From NCBI GenBank assembly GCA_028282295.1, contig JANQIE010000180.1, positions 4,854-68,853 of the forward strand: a DNA stretch of 64,000 nt, read 5' to 3'. This DNA is from Desulfobacterales bacterium. GTDB lineage: Bacteria; Desulfobacterota; Desulfobacteria; Desulfobacterales; JANQIE01. The notes beneath the pieces were generated by a model that worked only from the letters and a program-made list of their open reading frames with translations, ran no database searches and was not told the origin of the DNA. The translations under genes were made by a program, and so were the position numbers. Below, one piece after another: positions 17,723 to 27,518 of the stretch; within the stretch, counting starts at the first letter, position 1, and each line of letters begins with the position of its first letter.

Positions 17723-19381
17723 TCAGCTTAACGTTTTTTTGGATAATTTGCGTTTTTCCATTTTGTAGACCACACGCTTCCATTTGATCTGTGGCGGTGG
17801 CTTGGCTTCTTCCTTGGCCGGGCTGTAGCCCGGTATCATGGTCTGCGCCGGCCGCGCCGGCCCGGTGGCCACCACTTCGCTGGTCTCCAATTTGACCGGG
17901 TGGCCCCACAAAAATTCGATACCCATCATGGTATTGGCGATGTAATCCTTGACCAGTGGTTTGCCCTCGAATTTGTGCTTCAGGTAAAGTTCGCCGTTTT
18001 TGGTTCTTTGCTGATCAACCGTAATGTACGGTGGATGGTAAAGCGTATCGAGAAGCATCTGGCGGTAGGCTTTGGCCTTGCGGCTTTTGACGTAATACTG
18101 CCAGACCTTGCGTTTGGTATCCAGGTGCTTGCCCACCACAAACAATTTGTGACGGTCGACAAAATCCTGGTTCACGAAATTGGCGATGAACATATAATCG
18201 CTGAAGTTTTCACGCACATCAAAAATAGCCTGTATGCCGCGGCCGGTCTGGGCGTCGTAATGCTTGCGTTGGTCGGCGTCCTTGATCCGTTCGAAATCGA
18301 ACGAGAATTTGCCTTTGTCGGCCATTTCCTCGACCATGTAAAACAGGCGCATGCCGATGGCATAGGGATTCAGGCCGACGCGCGACAGGGACGTAACCCC
18401 GGAATGCACGCGGGCAAAATCGACTTCGTGGCCCTTGATGCGGTCGTCCTGCAAAAACAGTTTTTCATGCCAGTAGCTGGCCCAGCCTTCATTTAATATT
18501 TTGGTGCGAATCTGCGGCTGGAAAAAAATGCTGGTGTTGCGGATCACCTGGACCACCGATTTCATCCACAGGTTTTCTTCCTTGTTCAGAAAATCGGAGT
18601 ACTCCAGGACGAATTGCATCACATCCAGGCGATCCTTGGCTTTTTCAGTCCGGCTTTTTTTGTAAAGTGCTTCCAACTCAGGATACTTTTTGCCGATTTC
18701 CGAAAAGAACGTCTGTTCACCCGGGTCGCCGTACTGGCGGATACAGTCGTTGTATGCCTCGACCTCCTTGATGTAATCGGTGATTTTGACTTTCTTGATG
18801 TCTTGCAAAAACACGTCGAAATAGTAATCGAGCAGATTTTTGCGGGTGTTTGCATTCGGACCGTGAAAGCGCGACATCTCGTAGTAGTAGCCGACCAGGT
18901 TGTCCATGCCGCGCGAAAACTCGATGACGTAATCGACCCAGCGCCCCTTGTCGGCCCGCAGGCGGGCGATCATCCGTTTGTCGGAAAGCGCCTGACCGGT
19001 GAAATCGTATTCCCAGGTGTGCCGGAAGAACAGATTGTTCTGGAAAAAGTCGATGTGGGCCAGCACATGATAGAAGATCATCACGTTGAGCCAGTCCGGG
19101 TTGTTGTCGTTGTAGTAGGAAATCGCCGGCCGCGTATTGATGACCGTTTCGTAGGGGTTGCCCGGATACAACTCGTACCGGCCCTTTTCCTTTAAAACCT
19201 CGACATCGTGCACCCAGTAGTCATACAGGGTGGGGATCATGACCTTGGGGGTCAACTCAATCAGGTCCCGGTTGGTCACGATATATTCCAGGCTTTCTTT
19301 TTCAAATTGCAGACCGGCATCACGGGCGCGTTCCTTACACCCCTCCATGATGTTTTTGGTGTGCTGATCGATCAGTTCCAT
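17723..19381 (-). CDS. spoVR: SpoVR/YcgB family protein
   Basis: YETVINTRPAISYYNDNNP...VLAHIDFFQNN and overall length are typical of SpoVR/YcgB. Confidence 0.85.
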   Translation of the reverse strand: MELIDQHTKNIMEGCKERARDAGLQFEKESLEYIVTNRDLIELTPKVMIPTLYDYWVHDVEVLKEKGRYELYPGNPYETVINTRPAISYYNDNNPDWLNVMIFYHVLAHIDFFQNNLFFRHTWEYDFTGQALSDKRMIARLRADKGRWVDYVIEFSRGMDNLVGYYYEMSRFHGPNANTRKNLLDYYFDVFLQDIKKVKITDYIKEVEAYNDCIRQYGDPGEQTFFSEIGKKYPELEALYKKSRTEKAKDRLDVMQFVLEYSDFLNKEENLWMKSVVQVIRNTSIFFQPQIRTKILNEGWASYWHEKLFLQDDRIKGHEVDFARVHSGVTSLSRVGLNPYAIGMRLFYMVEEMADKGKFSFDFERIKDADQRKHYDAQTGRGIQAIFDVRENFSDYMFIANFVNQDFVDRHKLFVVGKHLDTKRKVWQYYVKSRKAKAYRQMLLDTLYHPPYITVDQQRTKNGELYLKHKFEGKPLVKDYIANTMMGIEFLWGHPVKLETSEVVATGPARPAQTMIPGYSPAKEEAKPPPQIKWKRVVYKMEKRKLSKKTLS

Positions 19382-19399
19382 GCAAAATCCTTGTCGCTG

Positions 19400-20782
19400 T
19401 TAACTAATCAGTTTTTTGATGCCCTTAATCAACCGGGGTTCATCGGAGTCTTCCGGCAACACATCCATACGCAACAATTCCGGCCGGTCTTCCAGCAGCC
19501 CTGAATTGCGGATGTACTTTTCTACCTCGCTGCGCGTGTTCGAGCCATAGGTTCGTTCGGCAATGGTGATCCCGATGCGATTGGCCCAGTTCAGCATTTT
19601 CTTCAACTCCGGCACCGACTCCTTGCCGCCGGTGTCCCAGTCGTCGCCGTCGGTGCCGTGAAAGACATACAGGTTATAGTCCTGCTCCAGGCTTTCGGTT
19701 GTTACGATTTCGTTCACCAGTCGATAGGCCGATGCCACCTGGGTGCCGCCGGCCACCTTGGAATTGTAGTAGGTGTAAAAATCCTTGACCTCCTTGGCTT
19801 CGGTGTCGTGGACCACAAAGCGGGTTTCCACCTGCTTGTCGTACTGGTACAGCAGCCAACTGTAAATCAGCACATGTTGCGCCACCACCAGTTCGGAGGG
19901 CTTACCGCTCATGGAACCCGAGTAGTCTCGCACAAAAAATACCATGGCCTGGGACTCGTAATCCTTCTCGCGGGACAGAACCCGGTAAATCCGGTCACTC
20001 GGGGCAATTAGAAGCTCGGCCGGATCGACAGCCGTCTGGTCCGGAACCCGTCCTAAGCTGATATTGGTTTCCACGATTTTGCGCAGCGTGGCTTTTTTAT
20101 CCAGGATTTGTCCGAAACCGCGATGTTTGTCGGTCAGATCGTACGTGTAGCGGGTCAGGGCCCGTTTTTTGCCCTTGTCCTTCAAGTTGGGCAGTTCGAA
20201 TTTTTCCGTCAGGATTTTCCCTAAGTCGTAGGCGTTCGACTCCATTTCATGGGGCCCTTCTTCCCCCTGACCGGCGCCGCCGGCACCGGCCTGGCCTTCC
20301 TCGCGGACCGGTTGTTCGCCGATAACTTCGCCTTGCTCACCGTCACCGGTGCCGCCGGACGATTCACCTTCGCCCTGGGCTTCGTCCTTGAAGCTGTTGT
20401 CGTGCAGGAATTTTTCTTCCACCGTGGAGGGGACCACCACGACCTTGTCCTTGCCCCCCTTGCCCGGTTTGATCAGCCGTCCCACCCGAATCTTGGGCGG
20501 AAAACCGTCTTCCTCGCGCCATTTATCGCGCTCCATCAGCTCGTCGATGCTGCGGATGCTGTTGATATACCCACCGCGCGGCTTGTTCATGGCCTGTAAA
20601 AGTTGCAGGTCGTTGAAGCCATACAGCACTTCGGCCGGTGAGCGCACCGTGCCCTGCGGTTCGTCGGCGGGCAGGTCGTGGGTGCCCTCAAATTCGATTT
20701 CGGCGCGGATCTTCCGGTCCTGGTCCTCAGTCAGCCCGCGCTTTTGCAGCTTTTTATATAAGGATAGCAATTTGTCGTTCAT
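19400..20782 (-). CDS. yeaH: YeaH/YhbH (DUF444) vWA-like protein
   Basis: FFVRDYSGSMSG (DxSxS MIDAS-like), FHGTDGDDWD, and a Gly/Glu-rich linker. Canonical partner of PrkA. Confidence 0.85.
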   Translation of the reverse strand: MNDKLLSLYKKLQKRGLTEDQDRKIRAEIEFEGTHDLPADEPQGTVRSPAEVLYGFNDLQLLQAMNKPRGGYINSIRSIDELMERDKWREEDGFPPKIRVGRLIKPGKGGKDKVVVVPSTVEEKFLHDNSFKDEAQGEGESSGGTGDGEQGEVIGEQPVREEGQAGAGGAGQGEEGPHEMESNAYDLGKILTEKFELPNLKDKGKKRALTRYTYDLTDKHRGFGQILDKKATLRKIVETNISLGRVPDQTAVDPAELLIAPSDRIYRVLSREKDYESQAMVFFVRDYSGSMSGKPSELVVAQHVLIYSWLLYQYDKQVETRFVVHDTEAKEVKDFYTYYNSKVAGGTQVASAYRLVNEIVTTESLEQDYNLYVFHGTDGDDWDTGGKESVPELKKMLNWANRIGITIAERTYGSNTRSEVEKYIRNSGLLEDRPELLRMDVLPEDSDEPRLIKGIKKLIS

Positions 20783-20835
20783 AATGTCCCTCGTGACCGT
20801 TCGCCTGAGCCCTGATCTTTTGACTTTTTACGTCA

Positions 20836-22896
20836 CTACTTCTCGTCTTCCTGGGTGCAGAAATACTCAATGGTCTTCTGGGCGCAGGTTTGACAATAGC
20901 CGAGCTTGTTGAGCATGGAATCGATCATCCGGTCGTAAAGTTTCTGGTTCTCTTCGTTGGTGCGGTTGGCCAGCGCCCCGATCAGACTGCCGGCGCCGGC
21001 GATGTCCGATTTCAAACGGACATCGGTGACCGCCTTGACCAACTCCAGGTTGTCCATGAAATCATAATCCGGATTCATCGAAATCTTCTGGCCGTAGATT
21101 TTGCGAATCGAGGTGCGGAACGTTTCGCGCTGTTCCTCGGTTTTCAGTCCCAGGCGCTCTTCCACGCTGTTGATGTAGCGTTCATCGATTTTAAGGGCCT
21201 TGAGCTCACCCGACTGCGGGTCCTTGTATTTCCACATTTTGTCCGGCCCCAGATTCTCGGCATCGATGCCGATGATCATGTTGACGTAGTTCATCACGTC
21301 CTTGCGGATCGCCAACGGCTCGTCCATGTAGGCGTTGAACATTTCGGTCATGACCCGTTCGCGGTAAAGGCCCTTGGCGGTTTTCAGGTCCTCGATGTAT
21401 TTGGTGCGGTCGTTGGCGTCGGTGACATAATCGAGCACCGCCCGCTCCAGGGCGTTGAAAATATCGTAGGCGAACATACAGCGCCCTTCGTTGGTTTCCG
21501 AACTTTCAATCAGAAGCTGCACGGCCCGGCCTAAATTGCGTTGCCCCAGCCCCTTCTGGCCGAATCGTTTGGTGATGTCCGGCTCCTGGTTGAGGGTGTC
21601 GATGACTTCGGACAGGGTCTTGATGCTTTTCTCGCCGGCCACTTCGCCGGCCGCCAGCTTCATGGTTTCCACGGGCGTCAGCTTTTCACTGCGCGCCAGC
21701 CGGGTCAACACCACAGCCACCGAAGCGGCATAGTTCAGGTTCGGATCCTGGTGCAGGCTCTCGCCGCTCAAAGCGGTTTTGGCTTCGTTGCCGATGGCGT
21801 AGTCGGTCAGTTGCTCCTGTAATTTATAATTGGTATTGTGGGAAACATAGCTGATCCGGCAGCGGTCGACGATGGGGGCCTCTTCCTTTTCTGCCAGAAA
21901 GCGGTTGAATTCGGCGTTGTTGCTGGTGGCGATGATCAAGGTGTCGATGGGCCATTTGTAACCGTCGATTTCGATGGTCCGGTTCTGGATAACCCCCAGG
22001 TAGACCTGCACCAGATCCTTTTTGTTTTTGTAAATTTCGTCCGAGAAATGGATACCGCCGCCGGCCACACGGGCCAGGGCGCCCCGGCGCAGGTCGAAGC
22101 GGTAGGGGTTGTTGGTGTCGGTGAGATGCAACAGCCGCTGGATCGATTCCTCGCCCAATAAGTCCACGGCCGAAGAGGTGATTTTGTCTTTGGCCGGATA
22201 TTTGCCGGTGATGGTGCCCAGACTTTCGGTGAGCGGCACCGGAATGATCTCGATATGCTTGAGCATGGCGTCGACGCTGCCGTCGGTCTGGGTGCGAATG
22301 TCGTTGAGAATGTAAGCGCTGCAAGCCCCCAAGGGGCGGTAGTTGTCATAGAACTGTTCGATCTGTGTGTCGGAAAAACCGATCTTTTTGGCTAGATACG
22401 TCTTGCTGGCGTCGGTGGTTTCAAACAGGCTCATGGCCAGGATCATCGGATCTTCGTAAGTTTGGGATTCGATGGTGGCGATTTTGCCGTAGCTGCCCAA
22501 CTTGTCCATGTTTATGAAACGGAAGGTATATTTGCGATTGCCGTCGGAGGCCAAAAAATCCCGGTATTTGCCGCACAGGTATTCCACGAAGAATGTCTTG
22601 CCGTTGCCCGGCTCGCCAACCAGGACATAGGCCATTTCCTTGGAGGAGCCGCCTTCGGCCGCATCCTTGACAAAGGAGACGAAGCTGTTGATTTCATCGT
22701 ACATGCCGATCAGGTGCTTTTTGCCGGTTCGAAAGATCCCGAAATCGTAGGTCGTTTTGCCGTTAACCACGACCTTTTCGATGTCGTTGCCCAGGATCAT
22801 GCGCGAGACGCCCTGGAAGGCGTTCTCATAGCGACGGCTGCCTTCTTTTACGGCCTTCAGGTGGTGCGTTAATGTACGAGTGTTTTTTGCTGTCAT
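20836..22896 (-). CDS. prkA: PrkA/YeaG serine protein kinase family AAA protein
   Basis: Walker A GEPGNGKTF. 686 aa. First gene of the conserved prkA-yeaH-spoVR operon. Confidence 0.9.
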   Translation of the reverse strand: MTAKNTRTLTHHLKAVKEGSRRYENAFQGVSRMILGNDIEKVVVNGKTTYDFGIFRTGKKHLIGMYDEINSFVSFVKDAAEGGSSKEMAYVLVGEPGNGKTFFVEYLCGKYRDFLASDGNRKYTFRFINMDKLGSYGKIATIESQTYEDPMILAMSLFETTDASKTYLAKKIGFSDTQIEQFYDNYRPLGACSAYILNDIRTQTDGSVDAMLKHIEIIPVPLTESLGTITGKYPAKDKITSSAVDLLGEESIQRLLHLTDTNNPYRFDLRRGALARVAGGGIHFSDEIYKNKKDLVQVYLGVIQNRTIEIDGYKWPIDTLIIATSNNAEFNRFLAEKEEAPIVDRCRISYVSHNTNYKLQEQLTDYAIGNEAKTALSGESLHQDPNLNYAASVAVVLTRLARSEKLTPVETMKLAAGEVAGEKSIKTLSEVIDTLNQEPDITKRFGQKGLGQRNLGRAVQLLIESSETNEGRCMFAYDIFNALERAVLDYVTDANDRTKYIEDLKTAKGLYRERVMTEMFNAYMDEPLAIRKDVMNYVNMIIGIDAENLGPDKMWKYKDPQSGELKALKIDERYINSVEERLGLKTEEQRETFRTSIRKIYGQKISMNPDYDFMDNLELVKAVTDVRLKSDIAGAGSLIGALANRTNEENQKLYDRMIDSMLNKLGYCQTCAQKTIEYFCTQEDEK

Positions 22897-23155
22897 GTTA
22901 CCCTCCGTGGTAGTTTGGGCCTATCCAAAGTTATATCGAAATTGTGTGCGGCAATTGCCTTGCGATTACTTTTAAACCAACATCTGGTTCAATGGCCGGG
23001 AAGAGAAGAAAGGCCGAACGAATCGTTTATTTGTAACGTAGTCTTCAACGGAAAAGACCAAAAAAAGTCTAAACTATTATAACCACTTGCATTTACAATT
23101 CAACAGCGGTCGGAAACAGCATATGCTGCCGTGAAATTGACATCAGGGTAAATTT

Positions 23156-23170
23156 GCAATTGATGTGCCA
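23156..23170 (-). promoter_or_regulatory. sigma54 promoter upstream of prkA
   Basis: The minus strand reads TGGCAC-ATCAA-TTGCA (plus strand GCAATTGATGTGCCA). It lies ~260 nt upstream of the prkA ATG in a 770-bp gene-free region. Confidence 0.65.
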
Positions 23171-23664
23171 CGCGCCTTGGGACGAAATCCAATGAATTGA
23201 AATCCAATGCCATAAGTCCGTCCGGTCCGGTGGCCGACCTGGTTGTGGTTGTCGATCGGGCCGAGCAACAGATGGTTCGCTCGCAACCAGCGCGCCAAAT
23301 TTTTGACAAACATGCCTGTTGACCGCTTACGCGCAGCGCCATTGTGCAGCATCGAATATAAATGCATGCCCGCCCGCGAGTTGTCAGCCTTTACCGGTAT
23401 ACCGACTCGTTGGAGAAAACAGATATTCAGCCAAATTATCATATTGCTGTCAAGTATTTTGGCCCCGGTTGAAGATGGTATCTGCGCCGGTGCAGACGTC
23501 CCCCGGCAAATCGCATAAGTTGCTGTAATTACTGTTTCAAATCAATTGTGTGAACATTTGTATCCTTTTATTGATTATCGCCAGTAGTTGTTTTTTATTT
23601 TAACAGCTTGAAATTATGACAAAAAAAAGTTTTTTGATCTTCTTCTTGACAACCTGGGGGATGA

Positions 23665-23982
23665 ATGAAATTTAAAAATAACTTTTTTTGTGACTCTATA
23701 TTCATGGAGGAGATAGTGATTTCAAAAGACTGCAGGTTCGAAGACTTTGCCGAGGCGCTAAAGGGAAAAGACTATTACGACATTCTCTATATAATCGAAC
23801 AGGAGGCCACGGAGGCCGAGCGGCTTTTGTTCCGGGGAGCGGACGCGCATGAGTGCGGCAAAGCCTACGCTGATACCCTCAAGCGCTTTATGGTGTATAT
23901 GCGTCAACACGTACGGCCCAGTTCCCAAAGCGATGCCGATGCAATTATGTTCCAGGCGGCCGTTGACAACATGGAACACTAA
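23665..23982 (+). CDS. hypothetical protein (~90-105 aa, start uncertain)
   Basis: ORF ends 3 nt before a perfect terminator hairpin. Alternative starts are ATG 23704 or GTG 23716 near GGAGGAG. No recognisable motif. Confidence 0.45.
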   Translation: MKFKNNFFCDSIFMEEIVISKDCRFEDFAEALKGKDYYDILYIIEQEATEAERLLFRGADAHECGKAYADTLKRFMVYMRQHVRPSSQSDADAIMFQAAVDNMEH

Positions 23983-23984
23983 TC

Positions 23985-24025
23985 AAACAGGGCGCAAGAC
24001 AAATCTTGCGCCCTGTTTGGTTTTT
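23985..24025 (+). terminator. intrinsic terminator between convergent genes
   Basis: Perfect 15-bp stem AAACAGGGCGCAAGA / TCTTGCGCCCTGTTT with loop CAAA, then GGTTTTT. The hairpin also directly follows the stop (24033) of the minus-strand gene. Confidence 0.85.
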
Positions 24026-24032
24026 GTGTGAT

Positions 24033-26183
24033 TTAGCCCCGCATCCAGGCATGGTAACGGGAAACCCAGTTGAGCACTTTTTCAGGAGCATGGGCCTTTT
24101 TCCATTCACCGGCGGCGTATTTGTTGGCTTCCGCCAGGGTGGGGTAGATGTGGATGGTCCCCATGATTTTATTGAGCCCCAAATTATTCTTCATAGCCAG
24201 GACGTATTCGGCGATCAGGTCGCCGGCATGGGTCCCGACGATGGTGACACCGAGGATTTTGTCCGTTCCCGGTTTGGTCAGCACTCGCACCAGCCCGTGA
24301 TCTTCGCTGTCGGCGATGGCGCGGTCCAGATCGTCGATGCCGTAGTTGGTCACCTCGTATTCGATATTCTTTTCCTTGGCTTCCAGAATGTTGAGCCCCA
24401 CCCGGGCCACCTCCGGATCGGTGTAGGTGGCCCAGGGGATTACGCTGTAGTCGACCTTGAAGGTTTTAAAGCGGCCGAACAGGGCATTGACGGCGGCGTA
24501 CCAGGATTGATGCGCCGCGGTGTGGGTGAATTGATACGGCCCGGCCACGTCGCCGCTGCAGTAGATGTTCGGAAAGTTGGTTTGCAGCAAGCCGTTGGTT
24601 TCAATGGTGCCGTTGCGGCGCAGGGTAACGCCCAACTCCTCCAGACCGAAGCCCTTGGCGTTGGCGGCACGTCCCACGGCCACCAGGATTTCGTCGAATT
24701 CGACCAGAACTTCGCCGGCCTTGCTTTCACATACCAGGATTTTCTTGCCGCCTTCGGAACGTACCTGTTTGGCCGTGTGACCGGTGAGCACCCGGATGCC
24801 TTCGGCCTCGAATTTTTTGTGCACCATGGCCGATACGTCTTCATCTTCACGAAGCATCAGGCGCGGCATCATTTCCACCTGGGTGACTTCGGATCCCAGG
24901 CGCGCAAAGGTCTGGGCCAGCTCACATCCGATGGGCCCACCGCCCAACACCACCAGGCGTTTGGGTTGGGTGCGCATCTCCCAGACGTTGTCCGAGGTCA
25001 GGTATTCGATCTGGTCGAGTCCGGGGATCGGCGGTATGAACGGCCGGGCGCCGGTGGCCACAATGATGTTGCGCGTGGTCAGGGTGCGGCCGTTTACTTG
25101 CACGGTAAACGGCGACGTGATTTTCGCCTCCCCCTGGATCACCTCGACCCCCAACCCGGTGTAGCGTTCAACGCTGTCATGGGGCTCCACCTTTTTTATA
25201 ACCCGCTGGACACGCTCCATGACATCGGCAAAATCGTATTCGAATTTGCCGGAGCGAAAACCAAAATCCTTGGCCCGGCGGGAGTAGGCCAGCATCTTGG
25301 CCGAGCGGATCAGGGCCTTGCTGGGCACACAGCCGGTGTTGAGGCAGTCGCCGCCCATTTTATGGCGTTCGATCAGCGCCACCTTAGCCTTGACCACCGC
25401 TGCGATGTATGAGGCCACCAACCCGGCCGAACCGCCGCCGATGACAACCATGTTGTAGTCGAAGTTTTTCGGCCGCGGCCATTTGGCATAGATGCGGCGT
25501 CCCTTGACGATGGTGACGATCTTTTTGGCGATCAGCGGGAATATCCCCAGCAGCACAAAGGAGAACAGCAGCCCCGGCGACAAAATGCCCTGGAGCGAAT
25601 CGATCCTGGCCAGTTGCGTGCCGGCGTTGACATAGACCAGTGTTCCGGGAAGCATGCCCAGTTGGCTGACCAGGGCATAGGCCAGAATGCGGATCGGGGT
25701 CAGCCCCATGACTAGGTTGATCACGAAGAAGGGGAAAATCGGCACCAGTCGCAGGGTAAACAGGTAAAAGGCGCCGTCTTTGCGCATGCCCTCGTTGATG
25801 GCGGACAGTTTGTCGCCGAACTTACTTTGAACGCTGTCGCGCAGCAAAAAGCGCGACACCAGAAAGGCCAGGGTGGCGCCGATGGTCGAGGCGAAACTGA
25901 CCACCACCATACCGATACCCAGCCCGAACAGGGCACCGCCGGCCAGGGTCATCACCGCGGCCCCCGGCAGCGAAAGCGCCGTCACGGCAACATAAATTAT
26001 GAAAAATATCAAAATCGTTTGAAATGTGTGGGCGGCGTAGTAGCCGGCAAAGGCTTCCTGTTGCGCCTTGAGGTTGGCCAAGGTTAAAAAGCGACCTAAA
26101 TCGAATGCGAAAAATGCGATGGCGAGTGCAATAATCAATAGTATCACGAGAATTTTGGAAATGTTTTTTTTCACAGTCTTCAT
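24033..26183 (-). CDS. fusion protein: DedA/TVP38-TMEM64 membrane domain plus FAD-dependent pyridine nucleotide-disulfide oxidoreductase
   Basis: N-terminal multi-TM region (LRLVPIFPFFVINLVMGL). Then GGGSAG dinucleotide fold, redox-active CLNTGCVPSK and a C-terminal dimerisation domain. Start set to ATG 26183. Confidence 0.85.
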   Translation of the reverse strand: MKTVKKNISKILVILLIIALAIAFFAFDLGRFLTLANLKAQQEAFAGYYAAHTFQTILIFFIIYVAVTALSLPGAAVMTLAGGALFGLGIGMVVVSFASTIGATLAFLVSRFLLRDSVQSKFGDKLSAINEGMRKDGAFYLFTLRLVPIFPFFVINLVMGLTPIRILAYALVSQLGMLPGTLVYVNAGTQLARIDSLQGILSPGLLFSFVLLGIFPLIAKKIVTIVKGRRIYAKWPRPKNFDYNMVVIGGGSAGLVASYIAAVVKAKVALIERHKMGGDCLNTGCVPSKALIRSAKMLAYSRRAKDFGFRSGKFEYDFADVMERVQRVIKKVEPHDSVERYTGLGVEVIQGEAKITSPFTVQVNGRTLTTRNIIVATGARPFIPPIPGLDQIEYLTSDNVWEMRTQPKRLVVLGGGPIGCELAQTFARLGSEVTQVEMMPRLMLREDEDVSAMVHKKFEAEGIRVLTGHTAKQVRSEGGKKILVCESKAGEVLVEFDEILVAVGRAANAKGFGLEELGVTLRRNGTIETNGLLQTNFPNIYCSGDVAGPYQFTHTAAHQSWYAAVNALFGRFKTFKVDYSVIPWATYTDPEVARVGLNILEAKEKNIEYEVTNYGIDDLDRAIADSEDHGLVRVLTKPGTDKILGVTIVGTHAGDLIAEYVLAMKNNLGLNKIMGTIHIYPTLAEANKYAAGEWKKAHAPEKVLNWVSRYHAWMRG

Positions 26184-26297
26184 CCTTGGAGTTAGGGTTC
26201 GTAGCAACACCAACAAGTGTGTCGTGTCGGCTTTTGTCCGGTTGATGCATCAAGTTTGGATCATCAGTCGATTTATCGAATCCGAAACTTACAATTG

Positions 26298-26441
26298 GTG
26301 TCCATCCGGTAAATAGTAGCTTTTGGCCCAGGCCGGCGTTCTCGCATTTTTAAAATCCTCGACATAACCCGGCTATGCCTGCGGTTTTAAAAATGCTCGG
26401 GCCTTGCCGGGAACCAAAATCTACTATTTCCGGATGGGCAC
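26298..26441. mobile_element. MITE family A, full copy (144 bp), inverted relative to 14517-14658
   Basis: GTGTCCATCCGGTAAATAG ... CTATTTCCGGATGGGCAC. The interior is the reverse complement of copy 14517-14658. Confidence 0.85.
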
Positions 26442-26739
26442 CAGCTCGTAATCACGAGAAAACCGAATAATGACTCATCAAAGACATGTTTCCGGCGGGC
26501 GAGCATGGGCAAGGGGCATTGGTCACCGCTGCCGTGTCGATCTGAAGGGATAATAGACATTTTCCTGAAAAAGTAAACTGAGTTTAATGCAATTCAAATG
26601 AATCAAGACTATTACATATTTTTTAAAATGGAGTGTCTGTTTTTGTAAGGTTGCCGGCCGGCCGGCGACAGCCTTGCAACATCCAATCAGGACCGTGTCA
26701 CCAATTACTTGACTTAACCGACTGAAAGGAGCGCACGCT

Positions 26740-27483
26740 ATGGGACCTGATGATATCCTTGCCCTGCCTTCCATGCCCCCGGGCAACCCCAGTTACCCCA
26801 TGGGGCCATACCGGTTCAATGATCGTGAGTATTTTATCGTAATTTATGAAAGCGACCCGGAGGCCATTGACCGGCTGGTGCCGGAACCCCTGACCCCGGA
26901 CGGCTCCAACCAGGTGTTCTACGAATGGATCAATATGCCGGACAGCTCCGGATTCGGCAGCTACCAGGAAAGCGGTGTGGTTATCCCCTGCCGGTATCAG
27001 GACGAGGCGGTAAACTACACAGCCATGATGTTTTTGAACGACGAACCGCCCATCAGCGCCGGCCGTGAAATCTGGGGCTTTCCCAAACGGTGGGGCCAAC
27101 CCCGTCTGGCGGTACAGACCGATACCCTTACCGGCACCCTCGCTTATGCCGGACAGATGGTGGCCATGGGGACCATGGGCTACAAACACGAAAACTTGTG
27201 CCACAACGCTGCCGAATGCGCCCAAAAGCTTGCCAAAACCCAGGTCAATTTGAAGCTGCTGCCCTGCGTCAGCGGCAAGCCACTGGTGGCCCAACTGGTG
27301 GCCTACAACCTTACGGGCATTGACGTGAAATTTTACTACGGCGGGCCGGCGCGGCTGCACCTGGTGCCCCACGTCAACGCCCCGGTGGCGGATCTGCCGG
27401 TGCGCAACGTCGTCGCCGGTCACCATTTTAAAGCCGATCTGACTCTGCCCTATGGGCGGGTGCTGTACGATTATTTGAATTGA
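26740..27483 (+). CDS. adc: acetoacetate decarboxylase family protein
   Basis: PSMPPGNPSYPMGPYRFNDREYFIVIYESDPEAIDRLVPEPL and GREIWGFPKR (Schiff-base lysine region) are typical of the ADC family. SD AAAGGAG. Confidence 0.8.
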   Translation: MGPDDILALPSMPPGNPSYPMGPYRFNDREYFIVIYESDPEAIDRLVPEPLTPDGSNQVFYEWINMPDSSGFGSYQESGVVIPCRYQDEAVNYTAMMFLNDEPPISAGREIWGFPKRWGQPRLAVQTDTLTGTLAYAGQMVAMGTMGYKHENLCHNAAECAQKLAKTQVNLKLLPCVSGKPLVAQLVAYNLTGIDVKFYYGGPARLHLVPHVNAPVADLPVRNVVAGHHFKADLTLPYGRVLYDYLN

Positions 27484-27518
27484 ACACACAACCTGAACTC
27501 CCAGCCAAGGAGACCCCT

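Noticed and set aside
24006-25412. 468-aa plus-strand ORF antisense to the DedA-flavoprotein gene
   Set aside because: Shadow ORF with G/V/H/D-rich low-complexity sequence and no SD. The opposite strand has unmistakable GGGSAG and CLNTGC motifs. The same reasoning applies to 28202-29293 (-), 9530-10399 (-), 11219-12073 (-), 52346-53119 (+), 54737-55780 (+) and 62953-63891 (-).
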